Shown here one piece after another: positions 26,863-41,753 of a stretch of 64,000 nucleotides of DNA; the first letter of the stretch is position 1, and every line of letters starts with the position of its first letter. This DNA comes from Microbotryum violaceum. Lineage: Eukaryota. The stretch is from contig CDLV01000015.1 in NCBI GenBank assembly GCA_001244265.2, positions 868,001 to 932,000 of the forward strand. Reading direction: 5' to 3'. A model generated the notes under the pieces. It saw only the letters and a program-made list of their open reading frames with translations, ran no database searches and was not told where the DNA came from. Both the position numbers and the translations under genes were made by a program.

Positions 26863-27093
26863 GATCGTGTATCAAATTTCGCTGCTCGTTGGGACCCCTG
26901 AAGAAGCAAGGCAAAGACACGAGTGGACAATATCCGACATTATGTGTAAACCAGGCATGGAGAATGGAGTTTGTGCGAGAACATCATATCCTCTGGCTCA
27001 GTGTGATCCTTTCATACTTGGGAGCGAATATCAGTCCATAATTCTCGGCTGAAAGGCGTCGGTCAGATCGGTTGAGGCGTCCAAGTGAAAGGG
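26863..27093. repeat. 231-bp inverted repeat, right copy
   Basis: Reverse complement of 23579-23809; begins about 30 bp after the kinase stop codon. Confidence 0.97.
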
Positions 27094-27403
27094 GCAAATT
27101 CGCCTTGCCGACGGCACTTTGACGGTGAGGTCGGGCCACGCTGAGCGAACAAATCATATTTCCAGTGAACCCCCAAAAATTGAACCCAAGGTACTGAAAT
27201 GCACTGGAGAAAATAGCACCCATACCTGTGCCAACCAAAGAGTACGCCTTTGAATTCTCGTATTGACATCTGGGCCCGAACCAAGCTCAGCTCAGCGCAA
27301 CGCGTCAAGTCGAAGCTCGGTGCTCGTGCTCGCGCTCGCGCTCTTGCCTCATCTTCTCCGTCGCGGGCTAGCGTCGACCCCCCTACCTCATCAGTCAGTT
27401 CGG

Positions 27404-30400
27404 ATGGTGCGAGCTGTCGAAAACGATCGAGGGAATCTGATCACCTCCTTCGTTACTTTCTCTCAGTGGCGCCGGCTGCAAGTGCGATCCCCGACTCGCG
27501 TGGTCAGTCCCCACCCCAGCCAAGCCCCAAGCCCCAACCCGCGCCTACCACACCCACACTGCATCCCACACTTACTCCCATCACCTTTGTGTGCGCTCAG
27601 ACCTCAACGCAACATGGCAGGTGCTCGAGAAGGGTGTCGGTCAGTCTCCTGTTCCGATCTGGCTCCCCCGTTCCCCCGCCGGTGCCGCCTCGATCCTCGA
27701 TCATCGCAGGTGCTCATGCGCTCTCCCTCGTTCTACACAGACCAAATCATGACTAGGCTCTCCGAAGGCATGAGTTACCCTCAGTACATGAACGTGAGTC
27801 CAACGCCACCGACTCTTCCTGGCGCGCTGGCCAGAGTTCCCTCCCTCCCTTTGATCTCGTCCGGCGCAAGCAATTCCGGATCTGATCACGCCTCGGAGTC
27901 GCTAATTCGGCATTCCAAAACGTAGCTCTACACGGTGTCGTACAACTATTGTACCAGTAGTCGCATGAATTCGGGTGGGGTCAACGAGACGATCGGTATC
28001 GGCACAGCTGGAGGAAGAAGTCAGTCTCTGCCCGTCGTCGTGCCTATGCAGTGCCCGACGTCCTCCTCACCCAGTTTTTGACTATGTCTGTGTGACAGGT
28101 GGAGCGAACTTGATGGGATCCGATCTGTACAAGCACCTGAACCGATACTTTGTCTCGCACCTCAAGCAAGTCAGCGCCGCCGCCGAACCGCTCACCGACG
28201 AACCGCTACTCGTCTACTACACCCGCGAATGGGATCGTTACACCACCGGAGCGTCCTACGTCAACCGTCTGTTCACGTACCTGAATCGCCACTGGGTCAA
28301 GCGGGAAAAGGACGAAGGGAGGAAGAACGTGTACCAGGTGTACATCCTCGCGCTCGTGCAGTGGCGCGACCATTTCTACGCCCATGTGCAGGATAACCAC
28401 AAGCTGTCCAACGCGGTAAGCAAGTTGATCGAGAAGCAGAGGAACGGCGAGACGATCCAGACCGACTTGGTCAAGAAGGTCGTCGATTCATTGGGTACGT
28501 GGTTTGCTCTTGGTGTCGTCAAGGGGAGGCCGCGCAGGCGTGAGCATGCGAACTAAACTAGTTGCTGATGCTCACCCGCTTCCACACAGTCGCATTGGGC
28601 ATGGACGAGGGCGACACCAACAAACAAAATCTCGAGGTGTACCAAGACGCGTTCGAGAGGCCGTTCCTCGCCGCGACAGACCTGTACTACACTTCCGAAT
28701 CGGAGCAGTACATCGGCGCCAATTCGGTCACCGAATACATGAAGAAAGCCGAGATGAGGCTCGCCGAGGAGGAGAACAGGGTTGATCTGTACTTGCATGC
28801 TTCGACAAGGAAAGGGGTGAGTTTGGGGTCCTGTCTATTTGGTTTGACGAGGTAGAAACTGACCTCTTGGGGGAATCTACAGCTCGTGTCGAAATGCGAA
28901 GAGGTGCTCGTCAAGAACCACGCAGGGAAGATGCAGGAAGAGTTCCAACGTGTGAGTCGACATTCGAAAACATAGGTTTCGGTCACTGACTCGTAACACG
29001 GTTATGTCGCCTACAGCTCCTCGATCAAGAACAGGAAGGCGACCTCAAGCGCATGTACCTCCTCCTTTCGCGCATTCCCAACGGACTCGACCCTCTACGC
29101 GAACGCTTCGAGCAGCACGTCAAGAAGGCCGGTCTTGCTAGCGTCGAGAAGGTCGTCGGCGAATCCGCTGAGGGTGTCGAACCGAAAGCCTACGTCGAGG
29201 CCTTGCTCTCCGTTCATTCGAACAACGCCGAGCTTGTCCAAAAGGCGTTCAAAGGCGACCAAGGCTTCGTTGGCTCGTTGGATCGTGCGTGCCGCGAGTT
29301 CGTGAATCGCAACAAGGCTTGCTCGAATGCGAACAAGAGTCCCGAATTGCTGGCCAAGCATGCTGATGGCTTGTTGAAGAAGAGTAACAAGGCGAGCGAA
29401 GATGACGATCTCGAAAAGTCCTTGACAGAGACAGTTAGTGGTAACCTTGGAGGTTTGAGCGCCTGCACGTAGGAAGCCAGACCGTACTGACTCCCGCGCA
29501 TCCGTTCTTCGGTCTCAGATGACGATCTTCAAATACATCGAAGACAAGGACGTTTTCCAAAAGTTCTACACCAAGATGCTGTCGAACCGACTGATCCGAG
29601 CGAGTTCGGCCTCGGACGACGCCGAATCAAGCATGATCACCCGGCTCAAGGACGCTTGCGGGTTTGAATACACGAGCAAGTTGACACGCATGTTCCAGGA
29701 CATGGCCCTGAACAAGGATCTGAACGCCCAGTTCAAGGACAAGATGTCACAGACCCATGATGCGTCTGAATTGGGAGGTGAGCGTCGAACAAACTTTCTG
29801 AAATTAGTGGTCCATGTTGCACGATGCTGAAGGCAGAGCGAGTTATACGCTCACAGTTGACTTTGAGGTTTCCATCTTGGGCACTTCTTCGTGGCCTCTG
29901 GGTGCGGCGTCGACTGGGGTGAAGCTTCCGACAGAGCTGCAACAGGTCTACGATCGTTTCACCGGGTACTACATGAGCAAGCACAGCGGTCGAAAGTTGA
30001 CGTGGCTGTGGCAACACTGCCGAAACGAGTGAGTCCGATCAAGAGGGGGCGGCTGATGCTTGGTAGGATCGAAGCTGAATTCATGGAATGTTTGCGTTTA
30101 GACTGCGAACACTGTACACGGGGCAGAAGTACTTTTTCGTCACGTCCATGTTCCAGACCGTCGTGCTGCTCCAGTTCAACACTTCCGGCGACTCGTTGTC
30201 GTACGAGGACCTGAAGCTAGGAACGGGGATGGAGGACGAGGCGCTCAAGCCGGTGCTACAGCTGCTTGTCAAGCAACGCGTTGTCGACCTCAAAGACGAC
30301 ATGTACGAGCTGAATTTGGGCTTCAAGTCGAAAAAGATCCGCGTGAACCTTAATGCGCCGATCAAGGCCGAGCAGAAAACGGAGAGCGCGGACGTAATGA

Positions 30401-30630
30401 AACACATCGACGATGACCGCAAGATGTTGATCCAGGCGACGATCGTGCGAGTGATGAAGTCACGCAAGGAGATGAAGCACCAGCAATTGATTAACGAGAC
30501 GCTCGCGCAGTTGCAGACCCGGTTCAAGCCCAAGCTCGGCGACGTGAAGAAGGCGATCGACGTCTTGATCGACAAGGAGTACCTCGAGCGCGTTGACGGG
30601 CAGAGGGATCTGTACAAGTACCTCGCTTGA
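27404..30630 (+). CDS. CUL1: Cullin-1 (SCF scaffold)
   Basis: Motifs [64 protein letters not shown] and [13 protein letters not shown] (neddylation site). 5' exons are approximate. Confidence 0.97.
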
Positions 30631-30997
30631 TCGGAAACTCGAAGTGGTCTTTTCTTTGTTCGCTCTGTATCGGCGACTCGTGCTCGATGTTGGATCCATT
30701 CCTCACCAATCGCTGCTGCCCCCCTCCCTCTCCATGGTGCCAGGCTAGACCACTTCCGTTGTGCTTCCTCTTTAGTTTTCCCTTTTCTGTTCATGTTCCT
30801 TGTCCTGATTCTTCTTCTTTTTGTCTCTTTCGTTCCCTTCTCATCGCAAATGCAACAACTACAAATTATATTTAATTCGCAATGACCGAGCAGAGCGAAA
30901 GTCTGTGCGAGGCGAACTTGGCTGTCTTGCGAAGCACGCCGATCGTTCGCACGGCGCTCTCCACCTCCTCCCATCAGCCACGCCCCGCCACTCTACT

Positions 30998-31595
30998 ATG
31001 GCACAAGGCTTCAAGACCAAGGCGCCGGCCAAACCCAAGACCAAGACAACGCAGAAGAAGTTGCAGAACAAGGACCCGAAGAAAGGTGGTACGTTTGCAC
31101 AGCCCGGAGGATGTTCAATGACGAGGGGGGAAGGGTCAGATGATTGGTGTTTTGAGGGGCGAGGGAAAGGGGGACGTCGAGGATTCTGGTTGCGATGAGT
31201 ATAGCTTGTATTGTTGAGCTGAGCTTTGTGAGGGTGTATGGGTTGGTGTGTACAGCTCGAACGATCCCTCCGAAGAAGCAGTCGCTCGTGGCGCAGGCGA
31301 TCGTTCATCGAGTACGTTTACGAAGATCTCTTCGCACGATGGCGGGTCGATCGGCTCATAGTCTTTTCATATGATCGAGCACAGAAGAATACATCATCCC
31401 ACCATACCAGCTTGGAGAAGACGATCGCGACGCAGGCGATCAGTCACGGCAAACTAACCATCAGTCAGTCCTTTACGCCGTGGGGAGGACGTCGGTGATG
31501 AAAAATGGACTACTGACGATCATGTTTTGCTTGGTTTGCAAGTGCGTTCCTCGGCGGACGAGACGGAGGAAGGGCGGAAAGCGCTCAAGAAATAA
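30998..31595 (+). CDS. Small basic protein, DUF2462/UPF0390-like
   Basis: Four exons read MAQGFKTKAPAKPK...DPKKG, ARTIPPKKQSLVAQA, SLEKTIATQAISHGKLTI and ...KALKK*. The MAQG..K, P.KGAR.I.PKK and GKLTI pattern fits this family. Confidence 0.75.
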
Positions 31596-32236
31596 TGAGG
31601 GGGAGCTCGACGCTCGCGAGGCTGGAAACGATGGGACGACGAGAATGGCTGTATGAGAAACGAGACTGCGACATGGGCGTATGTGTTCACTATGCAAGCT
31701 GTAAGGTGTTCTTGGCTAGATGGTGGCCGAGTGGCCACATCAACTCCGACTCGGAGTCGGAGATTCCTGACGCCGGTTGTGGTGACGCCGGCCGGCACGG
31801 TCAGTGCAAGCCTCAAGGCCGCTCCGAGTCGAAGCATCATGAACTTTCAACTTGAAACCTCTCAGCGAAACCCCACTTTGAAGCTACTTCAAGTCAGCGT
31901 TAAGTAGCAATCTGGCTACTACTAGTAGTATTTCAGCTTTTCGTGCTCAATCGAGGTCCAGCGCTTTATTAGGAGTAGAGTCGCTGTTTTTTGAGTAGGC
32001 TAGCTGAAAATCAAGTCCGCATTCTCAGTCAAGCAGTTTCAGGAATTCAAGTAGATTCAAGTTGCCGCTCCACGCTTGACCAGTCGCGCCACGCTCCTTG
32101 CCTCAAGTCACACAACTCACGAGACTCTGACTATCACCTGTCCTCCCTGCCAGTTGAGACTTCTTCCCTGGCTACGGTCCACTCGCACCTTCAACGCCTG
32201 CTCCTGCCTGTCTTCTTGCGTGATTAAGTTGCGCAC

Positions 32237-33437
32237 GTGACCGGCATTCCCGTGCGGCACAGGCCTCCCTCCCACACTTCCATTTCAGCCTCGCCGAAAC
32301 ACAGCTCACTGAACGAGCTCGGTCGATCTATCTGGACTCGAACTGTAAACACTCATCAGCCGCGCCGGGAAGCAGCAAGTTCGACCACGCGATCACGTGT
32401 CATCGCCGATCGGCCACGGCGTACGAGACGAGCCGGCTTTCGAACGACGTCCCATCGTAGGCGTGGTCGACAGTCGAGATGGGTATCCCCTTGCGTATGC
32501 TACTCGACAAGCGCGAGCCTTTCTTCCTACAGTCTCGCAGCCTTTTTTTGGAAATTGCCGCTTGGCACCCTCCTCTACTACAAGGAGTGTGAGCAGATCT
32601 GGCAAGCAGTCGGCGAAGCAACCTGGGTCGAGCTGGTCGCGTATAAGGACGCCTTGGCACAGTACAACGCACAGAGGGATGCCCAGCTACGCCAGCAGTC
32701 AAGTTGGAACATTCTCTCGTCCGATATGTGGATCGCTTGGCGCGAGCAATGGGCAACACGCAGCCGCGCTGGCAGCGACAGAAATAAGATCATCCAAGAC
32801 ACGGGCATAGGTGAGTGGCGTATCGAATTAGTCCCGTTGCTAAAGCGGACCAGAATAGCTCCATTGACGTTCAAACGAGTGATTTGTTACTCTATCCTTT
32901 CCAGCTCTGCACTGGACCCGCGATCTATATATCAAGGAATACAACTCTCGCCACCCCGAGCTCGACCCGCCGCTTCGTCGATCCGACGACCTCAACGAGC
33001 GCTTGCCGAGCGCGATCGGAGGGCGCTCATGTTCGGTTCCAAGCCTTCCGCGGCTTCCGCGTCTACCCGATCGGGTTTTTTTCCTGAACTACGTGTACCC
33101 AAAACTGGCGCTTTCACCAAGGACGAGTTGCGACACCTGAGGAGTGAGTTTTCTCCACGCCTGTCCGCGTCTCTGTCACCCGGAGAGACGCTCACCAGGC
33201 CCCCGTTGCTTTTCTCTCACGATAATAGAGCGTGGAATTCGGCTTGAAGGGATTGAGGATTTCGAGCTCGAGTTCGAGAATACGGTTGATGCGAGAGCAA
33301 TGATCATTCCGGATGACTCCGAGATCATTGGGGTCCCTGCGCTGCTCCCTCCCTCGAGCGGTGGATCAGGCCATCCCCGACCCTGCCACCGAGCCCCAGC
33401 TGCTAGGATGGAAGGGAAACGCGTAGTCCCTGTTTGA
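32237..33437 (+). CDS. Hypothetical protein or decayed gene
   Basis: 336-codon ORF plus an overlapping downstream ORF; no recognisable motif. Confidence 0.25.
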
Positions 33438-35580
33438 ACTCTCTTCATTGTGTTTGTGTATTGTGAATTCTATCCGGGTTAGCTTGACGAGCCCAATAGT
33501 TTATCATACAGAGGATCGATCGCGTCTGCCCTTCCCTGCAGGGATCTCGCCACGCCGGCGCGACCAGGCGCCAGGCTACTATTAGCCGATCATTGCCGGT
33601 CAGCTTAGCTCGCCCTGCTTAAAACGACTTTGCGGTGCCAATTCCACCGGAGGTCTAGCACGTGTCGGTGACGACGTCGGCATTGCACACACGAATAATT
33701 AGGGAATAATCTAGGCCACCAGCGGTTCAGAAGCCGCTCGCATTCTGGGAAGAGAGAAAAACAAATCCCCCCCCCGTCGGTGAAGAATAATGGGCCCAAA
33801 AGGGTTGGCCGGTTGCCAAAGGCGACCAACGGGCGCGCCGAGCGAGTCGAAAGGCGAGTGCGGTGTGAATCACTCCCTCTTGCTAGAACCAACTATTCTC
33901 GCTCGCAACATTGCCTGTTGCCTCGAAACTCCATAATTTTTTGCTTTTTCGCCCGCCTCCCCGGTTTGCCTCCCCTTGCTTGCGCTGCCCCGCCGGTTTC
34001 TTCGCGGGGCCGTGTCGTGAGGGAATTCGCCCTCAAGCCCAAACCAATGCCATTTATCATATATTATATATTAATTATATATTATTCAATAGAGCTCGGC
34101 ACAAAACGTCGCCCAGTCGGAGACTGTTCGTCGTATTACTTGGCCGACATGAGACGCTCGACGAGCGACCAAGCGCCAGAGGAAACCCTCAGCCTCCGCA
34201 GGTAGGCTTGCAGTCACCCAACATTCCTTTCACGTTGTACAAGTCGACTTGGTGTCAACATCAACATGGCCATTGACGACAAGCGGATGTTACAGTGTCA
34301 ATCAGATGTGAAGAATGATTATGAAGTAGGCGCTGAAGTGCTACTAGATGCCAAGAATCACCTCCTCACCCTCGACCCGGACTGGCAGATTTGACGGGTG
34401 AGCTATGATAACCGTGCGATAGCATTGCGAGTCAGCGCTTTGCACGGGGTGCGAAGTCTACGATCATAATGATGACAAATTATTCGGAGCGCAACGAGGC
34501 CCTGTACCTTCTGATCGGCATGGCGATTGACTACCTCCGAGGCGAAAGATCGCCGATCGGAGGAGCAACAGGGGCCGTGAACTCAAAAATGCAGGAGTCT
34601 CAATGACGTCGCGGGAAAAGTAAAATCATGCAAGGAATTGATGTTGGGTCCCGTAGTTGGTACTTTGATCATTACTAGAAACACTCTTAAAGATCATGGT
34701 CAAAGCTATCACGTGAAGCATCGAGCATTCCGAGGACGGTTGAGCGCAGGGGCCGCGAGCCTGGCATGAGGCGATCAGAGGGAGCCTTTGCTCGGCAACA
34801 GTCATCGATCATCGATCACTACCCAATCGCCCGGAAAGCACAGCTTGGGGCAGGCACGACGAGAGATCAACCGAGCAAAATCCCCCGAGCGCTCGCAGCA
34901 TATGACTCGTACATCACCAGATGCTAGTGCCTACAGTGTAGATGAACAAGCTGAGCTTCGACTGCGCGAAACGGATGCCACGAGCCCACAAGTGCTCTAC
35001 TAACAGCTTTATTTGCCCATATGGTCAAGATAAACGAAACGGATAATCGGCCGATGCTGGAAAATTAGCAGTGAGACAACATTGCTGGCGGGGCCGGGTC
35101 ATCTGACGCGTGGGAGACCGAGTGCTGCGCGCTCTGCCCCGAACGATGGGGCCGGGCGACGCGCGGCGCGCAAGGTGCCGACCATCGTCGCCTTCTCACC
35201 ATTCACTGCACCGTTATGACACACCATGCAGCCAGAACAGAACGAAACAAACAGATAAGTACAACAGCAGGCGGAGCAGGGCCGTGATCCTCCCGATCAA
35301 GTCCCTGCACTTTGTCCGTGGCAAGACCGGCCGTTTTGGATTCAGCCTGCTGCGATCGTGCGAACCAACGGTAGGTCCCTCTCGATCTCCCCTCGTAGCC
35401 TCGATTGTCCGACCTGATTGACCCCCTCATATATCGATCCGCAACACACTCGTGTACAGCAAAGTGGTCTTGTATGGTCGCATTCCTGATCGTGGTATGA
35501 ATTGATACCATGATTTTCATTATGCTGGATGGCTCTCGTGTTACTTTTGCCTCCGGTCTGCTTGTCGAGGTCGTCGGAAG

Positions 35581-35783
35581 TATTAGAACCTAAAGCCAAG
35601 GCACGAGATATGTTTAGTACGAGAGCCGAGGATGATAGTAAAGACAGTTGGAGAAAGAAGAGAAGTGCAGAGTAGGAGCGCGCGAGGCAAGCAATAGCCG
35701 CGCGAGGCGACTAATATCAACAACTAGTAACTAATCGTGATCGGTAATAGAAGTGGGATGAAACAGCAATATACACTCTGACA
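35581..35783 (-). repeat. 3' LTR of the Copia element (203 bp)
   Basis: Bounded by the TSD and the PPT; near-identical to 40061-40216 plus 41364-41373. Confidence 0.92.
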
Positions 35784-37926
35784 CCCCCCCGTGCTGTCAT
35801 ACCACTGCACCTTGTAAGCCCAAATTTGTCCGATGGAAGATGAACGGCTTGGGACCCAAGGCCTTGGTGAAGATGTCGGCAAACATGTTGCCAGTGGCAA
35901 TGTAGCGGACCTCAATCTCTTTCTCAGCAACCCTCTTGCGGACGTAGTGTTCTGAGATGCAAACGTGACAAGATCCCTGATGGTTGGTCGGGTGTTGTGC
36001 CAGAGCAAGCGAACCTTGGTTGTCACCATAGAGCACGACTGGACCGGGAACCGGAGCGCCGAGTTCGCTCAGGTGAATGGCGTCCCCACTAGCGTACAAA
36101 AGAGAGAGGTATTCCGCGTTGGTAGTAGACTTGGCGACCCTGTGCTCCCGTTTGGAACACCAAGCAATGGCGGCTCCGGACAAGATGAATGCGTAGCCCA
36201 TGGTCAATCGCGAGGTTGTCAGGCAGGCTCCCCAGTTTGCATCCGAGTAGCCATGGAGCGGTTGGTTGGTCTTGCGGTAGGTGAGCCCCAAGTCCAGCGT
36301 GCCTTTGATGTAGCGGAGGACGTGCTTGATGGCTGTCCAATGCTCCGGGCCGGGTTGCTGCGAGAAGCGCACGAGGTAGCTGACCACAAAAGCAAGGTCC
36401 GGACGAGTGCCAACTGCGGCGTACATCAACGAACCAATGGCCTGCAAGTAGCAAGTGCGATCCTCAGGGGTAGCAGACAAGTTCTCAAAATTGAGGACGA
36501 CACCGGGTTGCATGGGGACGCCCGCCGGCTTGGGATTGGCAAATTGGAACCTGTCCAAGATATCTTGAAGGTAGCGCTCTTGGGAAAGTGTGATGGACCC
36601 GTTGTGCCCGCGTTTGACTTGGATGCCGAGGATGTATTTGGCAGGCCCAAGACATTTGATACCATATGCAAGTTTCAACACATCAAGAACCCTGTTGATC
36701 TCGGCGGTAGAGGGCCCAACCAACAGCAAGTCATCAACATACAAGGCGAGGTAATGAGAGTGCCCGTCGTGTTTGCGGCGGTAGATGCAGATGTCTGATT
36801 GGGTGGGCACGTATCCGAGGGAGCACAGAGTTGAGTCAATCTCCGCGTTCCAGATGGTGCCCGCTTGGCAAAGTCCGTAGATGGATTTGGACAGCATGAG
36901 GATCTTGCCAGGCATGTCGATGCCTTGTGGAACGCGCATGCAGAGAGGCTTGTCAAGTTTGCCATGGAGGTACGCCTCGTTGACGTCAGCTTGATGGACA
37001 CGGTAGCCGTTGGCCGCGGCAAGGGCAATGAGAGCCCGAATGGACGTGAACTTGACAACGGGGGCATAGTTCTGCTTGAAGTCAATGCCAGGGCGTTGGG
37101 CACAACCGTGGGCGACGAGACGAGCCTTGTGATTGATGATATCCCCGTGCTGGTTGCGTTTAGTTTGGAACCCCAGCCCGACCGTAAGAGGATCTCACCC
37201 GCGGGGAGCTCACAGGAGTCAATGACTTTGAACGCCTCTTATTCGTTGAGAAGTGAATCAAATTCGTCGTGTGCCGGGCCACCCCACATGTCCTGTTGTC
37301 CTGATTGGATGACATCGCCCCAATTGGCTGGATCTCGGACAACGGATAAGTCGTGCTCCGCAAAGCCAGCTTTGGTGGACACGATGGCACGGAGCATGCC
37401 CTGGAAGGCGGGAGTGGGTCCATCAGGTCCGCCAACAAGGTCTTCCCGCGTGATGAGGGCGGGAATGAGTTGGCGGCGAGTCCGGGGGCCAGCGATGATG
37501 TTCCGAGCATTGATTTCACCGTACTTCCCTGGATTGGGACCAACCTTGGCAACATTGCCGTACTCCCAAGTGGGCTTGACTTTGGCAAGTGGAGTTGGTT
37601 CCGGTGGTGCTGGTTCCGGAGGACACTGCGGCAGGTGGATCAAAGAAGTGGCATCGTCGTCGAGCGAAGGCGGCTGGGTGGGTTTGACAAGCACGGGAGG
37701 TAACGGCATTGCCGGAGCGTCGGCAGGTGGAGGACGGGGATAGAAACTCGGAACGGAAGGCAGTGTGACGCGGGCGGGAACGGCAACGAAGGGGAACTCG
37801 GTTTTGAGGAACACCACATTCCGGCTCAAACTCACGCGCATTGAGGAGGGATTGAGAAGGCGCCAGGCTTTTGCGTGTCAATTGTAACCCACAAAGACCA
37901 GCGGAATCCCTTTTGGGTCGAGTTTA

Positions 37927-38922
<996 letters not shown>

Positions 38923-39030
38923 TCATTGAGGGTGAACTCGGTGCCAATGTCCGAGACGAGTTTGACCAAGCCAACTCCCGAGGCCTCCACCGTCCCCCAA
39001 GACCCTGCAGTATGTGCGAGGTAGGCACTA

Positions 39031-39705
<675 letters not shown>

Positions 39706-40216
39706 CTAGGCGCGTAGCGTGCGGCGAGCGCGAGCCAGCAGTCGTGCGCCGAGCCACCCGTTTGAATGAGTGGCCCGATGGTGGCTTTGGTCGTGACCGT
39801 GAGCGAGGACGCAAGCGCTCGGGCCGCGTAATCCTCCCAGCGCGTGTGGAAGGCGGGTGGCCAAGAAGGGTCGTGCTGGCCCTTGCGAAGGTAGGCGCAG
39901 ACCTCGCGAGCGTAGGTAGTCGACATTGCGAGGTCCCAGTCAACGTAGTTATCCTCGGTGAGCTTCGAGTCATCGGGGAAGGCGGAAGGGTTGACGGGGG
40001 GAGAAGGTGACGCATGGAGATTGCGTCGTCTTCCTGCGCTTGTGCGGGGCGTTGGTTCTTTACGAGAGCCGAGGATGATAGTAAAGACAGTTGGAGAAAG
40101 AAGAGAAGCGCAGAGTAGGAGCGCGCGTGGCAAGCAATAGCGCGCGAGGCGACTAATATCAACAACTAGTAACTAATCGTGATCGGTAATAGAAGTGGGA
40201 TGAAACAGCAATATAC

Positions 40217-41363
40217 TTATCGGCGTCTAGCAATCGAAGTGGGTCTTCCAGCTCCGGGCCCCGGACGGCTGCTTCACACGCCACCTCTTCGACATCCGCA
40301 TCCGCCTCCAGGCACCAAACGAACCAACCCCTTTCACCTTGTCCAGACCGGCCCCCAACTAGCATTGTTGCCCTTGGATTTGGATCTGGTGGGCTCACTT
40401 TTGCCATCCTCCCCAAAGTGGGACCATGCGGTGAGAAAAACGACAAAACTTCTTCCTGCTCGTTGGGTCCGATACTTCGAAGCCTGGGCGTTGGTGACCA
40501 CGCTCAATCCCCCGGAACTCTCCAAGAGCCAGAACCTCGAGCAATGGGCGACGCACGTACTCTATTTCCCAGCGGGCCACGGAATACAACTCTCGGTAAA
40601 CCCGACGCTTTTTCGAGGGCCGATGGCGAGGTGATGACCCCGTCTTCGTTTGTGAACGCGTCCAAACGCCACCAAGTCTTCATCTTCCCCTTATCTTCCC
40701 CAAGGGACACCAGAAGGTATTCGATCTGCCTGAGCAACGCTGGAACGCTTGGTGGAAGGCTTTGCGCAAGGTTCGCCGGGTTCACTCGGACGCCGAGGAT
40801 ACCGGCTACCTTCTCTCCCTGGGGTCCCTCCATCCGGGAAGCCAAGTCGCCTCCCCAACCAGCCCACATCCCAACAATCGACCTACCTCCTGTGTGGTGT
40901 GCCTCTCGGAAGCCCCGAGTGCCTGGTTCACCTCGCGTGCCCATTTGCCCGGCGCCTCTGCTCTGCTCTGTCCCCGACCCCCACCCAGTCTTTGTGGACT
41001 TTGTATGCCCGGTCGTGTCTCGCTCGGAACGTCGACTTGTCAAACTACGAGTCCTCTTCTTTCACTCGATCTGGAAGCTCTGTCGCCGTCGTCGATTCTC
41101 GTCGGATCTTTTGGAACCGATCACCGAAACGGAGTTCGAGGGGCTTCGAGCCTCTATCCAGGAGTCCAAGGGTCGCCTAGTGTCTCTGTAAGACACCAAA
41201 GGGGGTTTTAGTGGGTATGGTTGATCCTGGTTTAGGGTCAATGAGTCCTACACTACTGGCTTCTGCCAGTGTGCGTAACAGCATTCCCTCCGACTTTTCC
41301 GAAGATTTCTAGGTATTAATATAATTATGCTGTTAATGAAGTCTATCAAATAAATAAATAAAC
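40217..41363 (+). mobile_element. 5'-truncated non-LTR (LINE-like) retroelement inserted in the Copia 5' LTR
   Basis: Splits the LTR sequence caatatac|actctgaca and ends in an (AAAT)n tail. It encodes frameshifted zf-RVT-like remnants (LLCG...ECLVHLACPFARRL; HSIWKLCRRRRF). Confidence 0.8.
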
Positions 41364-41753
41364 CACTCTGACAGGAAGCGCCGGCGCGCTGCTGCTGGCG
41401 AGGTCGGCGCTCAGCGCTCAGGCAACCGGTGCACCGGGCTATCCCCGACGAGCACCAAAACTACAAGTGAGTTGTATGTGATGTATGCACGGGTTGAACG
41501 ATGGTATTAATACAAAAGGGTTTAATCCTTCCCAGCGCCGAGCTCAAGCTCGCCGTTCCGAGCGTGAACGTCCTCGTCCTTCCTTTGGTCTGTTTGTCTG
41601 GGCTTCCACTAGCATCTCCTTAGTAGCTCTCCCACCCTCCGAGCCTTCTTTCTCGGGACCACAAGGTTACTGTCTTGGCATGAAATTAATATTCACTCTG
41701 GTGTCCTACAAAGTAAGACAATCCTGCATAAATCACCTAGGACTACGAATCTT

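Noticed and set aside
35965..37743. Long plus-strand ORFs
   Set aside because: Antisense shadows of Copia pol.
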